Origin: Gemmatimonadaceae bacterium
GTDB taxonomy: Bacteria; Gemmatimonadota; Gemmatimonadetes; Gemmatimonadales; Gemmatimonadaceae
Assembly: GCA_051859245.1 (NCBI GenBank)
Contig: JBHYGA010000001.1
Span: forward strand, 1,437,722-1,501,721
Direction: 5' to 3'
Length of the DNA: 64,000 bases
Shown: positions 59,547 to 64,000 of the stretch, in pieces
Position numbering within the stretch: position 1 is the first letter of the stretch
How the letters are laid out: each line of letters begins with the position of its first letter
Translations under genes and position numbers: made by a program
Notes under the pieces: model-generated
Told to the model about the DNA's origin: nothing
Database searches by the model: none
The model's input: the letters and a program-made list of their open reading frames with translations, nothing else

Positions 59547-60632
59547 ATGTCTGACGCCACTGCCATTGTCCCGCCGACGCAGGCGACTGCCTCTTCGACC
59601 GCCGATCAGCCGCATCCCGCACCCGAGGCGCTCACGCTTGACGTCGTGGTCACGCGCGCGGGCGTGGTGGAGTCCCGCCACCGGGTGCACGCCGCGGTGG
59701 TTCGTTTTGACGGTGTGTTGCTCGCCCAGGCACACGACGCGAATCTGCATACCTGGTGGCGTTCCTGCGCCAAGCCCTTTCAGGTCATGCCAATGCTCGA
59801 GGACGGCTCGTTCGACGCGCTCGGATGGGGCGATGAAGAGTTGGCCCTCGCCTGTGCCTCGCACGGCAGTGAACCCGAGCACGTGCGGGTGGCCACGGCA
59901 ATGCTCGCGCGCGTAGGGCTCACCGAGGCCGCGCTTGCGTGTGGTCCGCACGAGCCGCTGAGTGCCCGCGGCGCCGCGCTCTTGCGTGACGCCCTCGCCA
60001 CACCCAGCCGCATTCACAGCAACTGCTCGGGCAAACACGCCGCCATGCTCGCGCGCGCCGTATCGCGCGGGTGGCCGACGGACGGTTATCAGCTGGCCAG
60101 TCACCCCGTGCAGCAGGACGCGCGCCGCGCCGTTTCAAAATGGACGGGTGTTCCGGACACGGACATCGGCGTCGGGGTAGACGGATGCGGTGTACCCGTG
60201 TTTGCGTTGCCGCTGCAGAATATGGCACTCGCCTACGCGCGACTGGCGCACGAGGCGCACGTCAGTGATGGCATGGCGCGGCGCATCGTGCATGCGATGA
60301 CGTCCCACGCTCATCTTGTGGGCGGCACGGATCGGTTTGACACGCTGCTCATGCAAGCGGGGCAGGGCAACATTGTGGCCAAAGTTGGTGCGGAGGGCGT
60401 GCACTCGATCGGCGTACTGAACGCAGGTATTGGTATCGCGATCAAGGTGGAAGACGGAGCGCCTCGCGCGCAGTATCCCGCGGTCCTCGCGTGTTTACAG
60501 GTGCTGGGCGTGCTGCCGGCGCGTTTGGCGGAATCACTGATGACGATTGCTCTGACGCCACTCACCAATACGCGCGACGAAACGGTTGGTGCGGTGTTTG
60601 TACCCGGGCACGAGGTTGTGCAGCATGTCTGA
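59547..60632 (+). CDS. Asparaginase II (Rhizobium AnsA-type) family
   Basis: ESRH, RSCAKPFQ, ASHGSE, NCSGKHA, DGCG, AKVGAEG, KVEDG. Confidence 0.88.
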   Translation: MSDATAIVPPTQATASSTADQPHPAPEALTLDVVVTRAGVVESRHRVHAAVVRFDGVLLAQAHDANLHTWWRSCAKPFQVMPMLEDGSFDALGWGDEELALACASHGSEPEHVRVATAMLARVGLTEAALACGPHEPLSARGAALLRDALATPSRIHSNCSGKHAAMLARAVSRGWPTDGYQLASHPVQQDARRAVSKWTGVPDTDIGVGVDGCGVPVFALPLQNMALAYARLAHEAHVSDGMARRIVHAMTSHAHLVGGTDRFDTLLMQAGQGNIVAKVGAEGVHSIGVLNAGIGIAIKVEDGAPRAQYPAVLACLQVLGVLPARLAESLMTIALTPLTNTRDETVGAVFVPGHEVVQHV

Positions 60633-61338
60633 GCTCGTGCCGCGTGTTACTGAAATGTCCGGCGAGGAAATGATGATGTCTGGGCAGGGTGAGCAGACTA
60701 TCGTTCCGGCGTTGCTTTCGGCACATCCTGAGCGGCTCGACGTACCCACGATTCATCTGGTGCGACTGGCCGCAGTATTGGCCGGCGGCAGCGAAGCACA
60801 AACGCGAACCCTGCTGGCGGGGGCGGTGCACAGCATCAATCCGGTGTGGGTCGAAGAAGTGATTCTGCAAACGTATCTGTTTGCCGGATTCCCGCGGTCG
60901 CTGAATGCAGCGCGCGAATGGCGACGCCTGTCTGGCAGGCCGGCGCCGGAGTCCGACGAAGGCACCACGTTCGATGTGTCGCAACTCACCGCGCGCGGTG
61001 AGGCTACCTGTGAAGCCGTGTACGGGCGCTTCTACGAGCCACTCCGTCACAATATCAAAGCGTTGCATCCCGCACTTGACGCGTGGATGATTGTTGAAGG
61101 ATACGGAAAGGTGCTGGGTCGACCGCAGTTGGATCTGGCGCGTCGAGAACTTTGTGTGGTGGCCGCGTGTGCCATTGCTCGGCAGGACCGACAGTTGCAT
61201 TCGCATCTGCACGGTGCACTTCACGCAGGTGCATCACCAGCACAAGTGGACGCGGCGTTGCTCGCGATTGCCGACTTGCTGGACTCGGATGATGTTAAAC
61301 GATACGTGGGCCTCTGGGCTCGCGTGCAAGGGAAATAG
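60625..61338 (+). CDS. Carboxymuconolactone decarboxylase (CMD/AhpD-like) family protein
   Basis: EVILQTYLFAGFPRSLN, YGKVLGRPQLD...RELC, QLHSHLHGAL..GAS; start uncertain. Confidence 0.8.
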   Translation: MSELVPRVTEMSGEEMMMSGQGEQTIVPALLSAHPERLDVPTIHLVRLAAVLAGGSEAQTRTLLAGAVHSINPVWVEEVILQTYLFAGFPRSLNAAREWRRLSGRPAPESDEGTTFDVSQLTARGEATCEAVYGRFYEPLRHNIKALHPALDAWMIVEGYGKVLGRPQLDLARRELCVVAACAIARQDRQLHSHLHGALHAGASPAQVDAALLAIADLLDSDDVKRYVGLWARVQGK

Positions 61339-61341
61339 CGC

Positions 61342-62373
61342 ATGTTTATCGATCGCGTCATCGTGAAGGTTGAAGCGGGCACCGGAGGGTCGGGCGCCTG
61401 CTCGTTCCGTCGCGAGAAGTACTATCCAATGGGCGGTCCGGATGGCGGCGACGGCGGTCGAGGCGGCGACATCATCGTGCGTGGCGACAGCAATCTCGCC
61501 ACCTTGCTCGACTTCACCTATCGCGATTCATGGATCGCGGAGCGCGGTGAACACGGCATGGGTTCCAACATGACGGGGCGTTCCGGTAAAGACGTGATTC
61601 TGCCCGTCCCGCCCGGCACCATCGTGCGTGAGAAAGACACGGGCGAGTTCATCTGCGAAGTCATGGCCGATGGTGAGGAACACATCATTGCCAAAGGCGG
61701 CCGCGGCGGAAAGGGCAACGCGTTTTTCGTGACCGCTACGCAGCAGGCGCCACGCAAGTGGCAGCCGGGCGAAGAAGGTGAGGCCCGCGTGCTCGAGCTC
61801 GAGCTCAAGCTCATCGCCGACATTGGTCTCGTTGGTCAACCGAACGCCGGCAAGAGCACGCTGCTCTCCGTGATCTCCGCCGCACGCCCCAAAATTGCCA
61901 ACTATCCGTTCACCACACTCTCGCCGAATCTTGGTGTGGTGCCGCTCAGCGATCACCGCACATTCGTGGTGGCCGATATTCCCGGCATCATTGAAGGCGC
62001 GCACGAGGGGAAGGGCCTGGGTTTGCAGTTCCTTCGCCACATTGAGCGCACGCGCGTGCTCGCGTTCTTGCTCTCGATCGAGTCAGAAGATTGGCAAGCC
62101 GAACTGGATCAGCTGCGGCACGAAGTGCGCGAATACTCAGAAGAACTCGCGCAAAAGCCGTACTGTGTGGTGTTCACCAAGTGCGATTTGCTGGGCGAGC
62201 TCTACGTGCCGGAAATCAGTGCGCCCGGAGCGTTTGGCCTGTACGCCGTGAGCGCGCCTGGTCGGCTCGGCCTGGACGTGCTGCTCGATGCGTGGTGGAA
62301 ACGGCTGCTGGCGCTCCGCAAGGAAGAAGCTGCGGCCGCGCCGCCGGCACGTGTTGACGTCATGCTCCCATAA
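61342..62373 (+). CDS. obgE: GTPase ObgE/CgtA
   Basis: SFRREK, GGPDGGDGGRGG, LELKLIADIGLVGQPNAGKSTL, YPFTTL, ADIPG. Confidence 0.98.
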   Translation: MFIDRVIVKVEAGTGGSGACSFRREKYYPMGGPDGGDGGRGGDIIVRGDSNLATLLDFTYRDSWIAERGEHGMGSNMTGRSGKDVILPVPPGTIVREKDTGEFICEVMADGEEHIIAKGGRGGKGNAFFVTATQQAPRKWQPGEEGEARVLELELKLIADIGLVGQPNAGKSTLLSVISAARPKIANYPFTTLSPNLGVVPLSDHRTFVVADIPGIIEGAHEGKGLGLQFLRHIERTRVLAFLLSIESEDWQAELDQLRHEVREYSEELAQKPYCVVFTKCDLLGELYVPEISAPGAFGLYAVSAPGRLGLDVLLDAWWKRLLALRKEEAAAAPPARVDVMLP

Positions 62374-62383
62374 CGCGCCGCTG

Positions 62384-63442
62384 ATGGCCTCCGACGCCGT
62401 GCGTAGCGCCACATGTGATGCACTCACGCTATCTCTGATGGCGGGCGTTGGTCCAACGGAGCACAAGCGTCGTGTCTCCGAGCACGGGTCGGCCGCGCGT
62501 GCGCTGGATGCGTTTGATCCAACGGATGTGCAACGCGCACGATCGCGTGCGGAAGCATATCTGGAGCACACCGATCGGATCGGCGCGCAATGTGTACTGC
62601 CGTCGCACGCGTTGTACCCGTCGGCGCTGCACGCGCTGCACGCAAAACCGCCCGTGCTGTGGATGCGAGGTACGCCGGCCTACGCGACGCAACGCAGCGT
62701 GGCGATAGTGGGCACGCGCACCGCGTCGCCAGCCGGCCTGCGTTTTGCACGGGAACTCGCTGAGGCGTGCGCCGGTGCGAGCATCGCGGTGGTGTCTGGA
62801 CTTGCGCGGGGCGTCGATGGTGCGGCGCATCTTGGTGCGCTGAACGCGCGTGGCACAACGATCGCGGTGTTGGGCACCGGAGTCGACGTGCCGTATCCAC
62901 CAAGACATCGCGCGCTGCAGGAGCGCGTCGCCGACGAGGGGCTCCTTATTTCAGAGGTGCCACCCGGAGAGCGCGGCCACGCCGGCACGTTTCCGCAGCG
63001 CAACCGACTGATCGCGGCACTGGCCGAAGTCACGGTCGTTGTGGAGGCGGGCCGCGAAAGTGGTGCCCTCATTACGGCGCGAGTCGCCCACGAACTTGAT
63101 CGCACCGTGTGCGCTGTTCCGGGTTCGGTGTACGCGCCGGAGTGTGTGGGATCAAACGCGCTGCTGCAGTCGGGTGCGCAAGTGTTGTGCTCCCCCGACG
63201 ACCTGCTCGACGAGCTCAAGCTGCCCCGACGCACCGCACAGTCACCGCAGCTCGACGGTGATGCCGCGTCGTGCTGGGACGCGCTGCAACACGGAATCGC
63301 CGATGTTGGCGTGATCGCGCAACGCGCCGAGCTGGATTTGCGTCGCACCAACGTGGCGCTCGCGGCGCTTGAGCTGCACGGGCTGGTCGAAGTTGACTTG
63401 AGCGGCACAGTGCGGCCACTCGTTTCGGTTGCCAGCGGGTGA
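62384..63442 (+). CDS. dprA: DNA processing protein DprA/Smf
   Basis: VAIVGTR, VSGLARGVDGAAH, AVLGTG, FPQRNRLIA, VVEAGRESGALITA, C-terminal winged helix. Confidence 0.95.
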   Translation: MASDAVRSATCDALTLSLMAGVGPTEHKRRVSEHGSAARALDAFDPTDVQRARSRAEAYLEHTDRIGAQCVLPSHALYPSALHALHAKPPVLWMRGTPAYATQRSVAIVGTRTASPAGLRFARELAEACAGASIAVVSGLARGVDGAAHLGALNARGTTIAVLGTGVDVPYPPRHRALQERVADEGLLISEVPPGERGHAGTFPQRNRLIAALAEVTVVVEAGRESGALITARVAHELDRTVCAVPGSVYAPECVGSNALLQSGAQVLCSPDDLLDELKLPRRTAQSPQLDGDAASCWDALQHGIADVGVIAQRAELDLRRTNVALAALELHGLVEVDLSGTVRPLVSVASG

Positions 63443-64000
63443 GCACCGAGCGTTTCGTGTATGTGCACGTGCCGTTTTGTGCGCGACGGTGCAGCTACTG
63501 TGATTTTGCAATCGCTGTTCGAAAAACGGTTCCGGTCGCTGACTTCGTACAAAGCATTGCGCGTGAGCTGCGCGTGCGCGCGGTCGAGCCCGGCGCCGTG
63601 GATACCATCTATCTTGGCGGAGGAACACCCTCGCGCCTTGGCGGCGATGGTGTTCGCGCGCTTCTCGACACGATTCGCACCGTGCGCGAGCCGGTGAGAA
63701 CCGCCGAGTGTACGATTGAGGTCAATCCGGAAGATGTGACGGCGGCCGATGCGCGCGCATGGCGGGCTGCCGGTGTGAACCGCATCTCGCTCGGCGTGCA
63801 GTCGTTCAACGATCGCGTGTTAACGTGGATGCATCGCGTGCATGATGCATCGGCGGCAGTGCGCGCGATCAACACGCTCAGAGACGCCGGGCTCACCGAT
63901 GTATCGGTCGACCTCATCTTCGCCGTGCCCAACGAACTGGAACGCGACTGGGAACGGGATGTGGCGCTCGCGATGGAACTGCAGCCGACGCATTTGTCGC
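63439..64000 (+). CDS. hemW: Radical SAM heme chaperone HemW (HemN-like), truncated by window edge
   Basis: Absent from the ORF track; GTG 63439 reads MSTERFVYVHVPFCARRCSYCDFA...TIYLGGGTPS...TIEVNP...NRISLGVQSF. Confidence 0.92.
   Translation, partial: MSTERFVYVHVPFCARRCSYCDFAIAVRKTVPVADFVQSIARELRVRAVEPGAVDTIYLGGGTPSRLGGDGVRALLDTIRTVREPVRTAECTIEVNPEDVTAADARAWRAAGVNRISLGVQSFNDRVLTWMHRVHDASAAVRAINTLRDAGLTDVSVDLIFAVPNELERDWERDVALAMELQPTHLS

Overview
High-GC bacterial core-genome window, most likely Gemmatimonadota (inferred from gene content and order, not from a database search). I saw no prophage, IS, CRISPR array or rRNA. Genes are densely packed and mostly on the + strand. Order: tolQ/R/A/B-pal-cpoB, tatC, long lptD, hutH-hutU-[radical SAM]-hutI, giant acidic TPR protein, polyprenyl synthase, small membrane protein, tatA; ppiD/surA-like (-); second acidic TPR protein, aroQ, Xaa-Pro peptidase, accB, pilT/pilU-type ATPase, accC, comB-like, ftsK; frameshifted TonB-dependent receptor and GDPD; penicillin acylase family (-); yraN, recA, recX, alaS, PHP phosphatase, gmhA, SDR, CCA enzyme, rarA, LEA lipoprotein, hflX; tRNA-Val, UPF0182 (-), exported cyanophycinase, fabF (-), tRNA-CAT, heptose kinase (-), DMT, asparaginase II, CMD protein, obgE, dprA and partial hemW. 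Most notable hidden signals: (1) a DnaA-box cluster written in rare codons inside the SDR gene next to an AT-rich patch (oriC-like or DnaA-titration locus with no dnaA in the window), plus an inverted DnaA-box pair upstream of recA; (2) genes that apparently need non-canonical starts (hflX ATT, PHP phosphatase CTG); (3) a radical SAM gene embedded in the hut operon; (4) two TPR scaffold proteins with coding tandem repeats plus a pilus ATPase splitting accB and accC.
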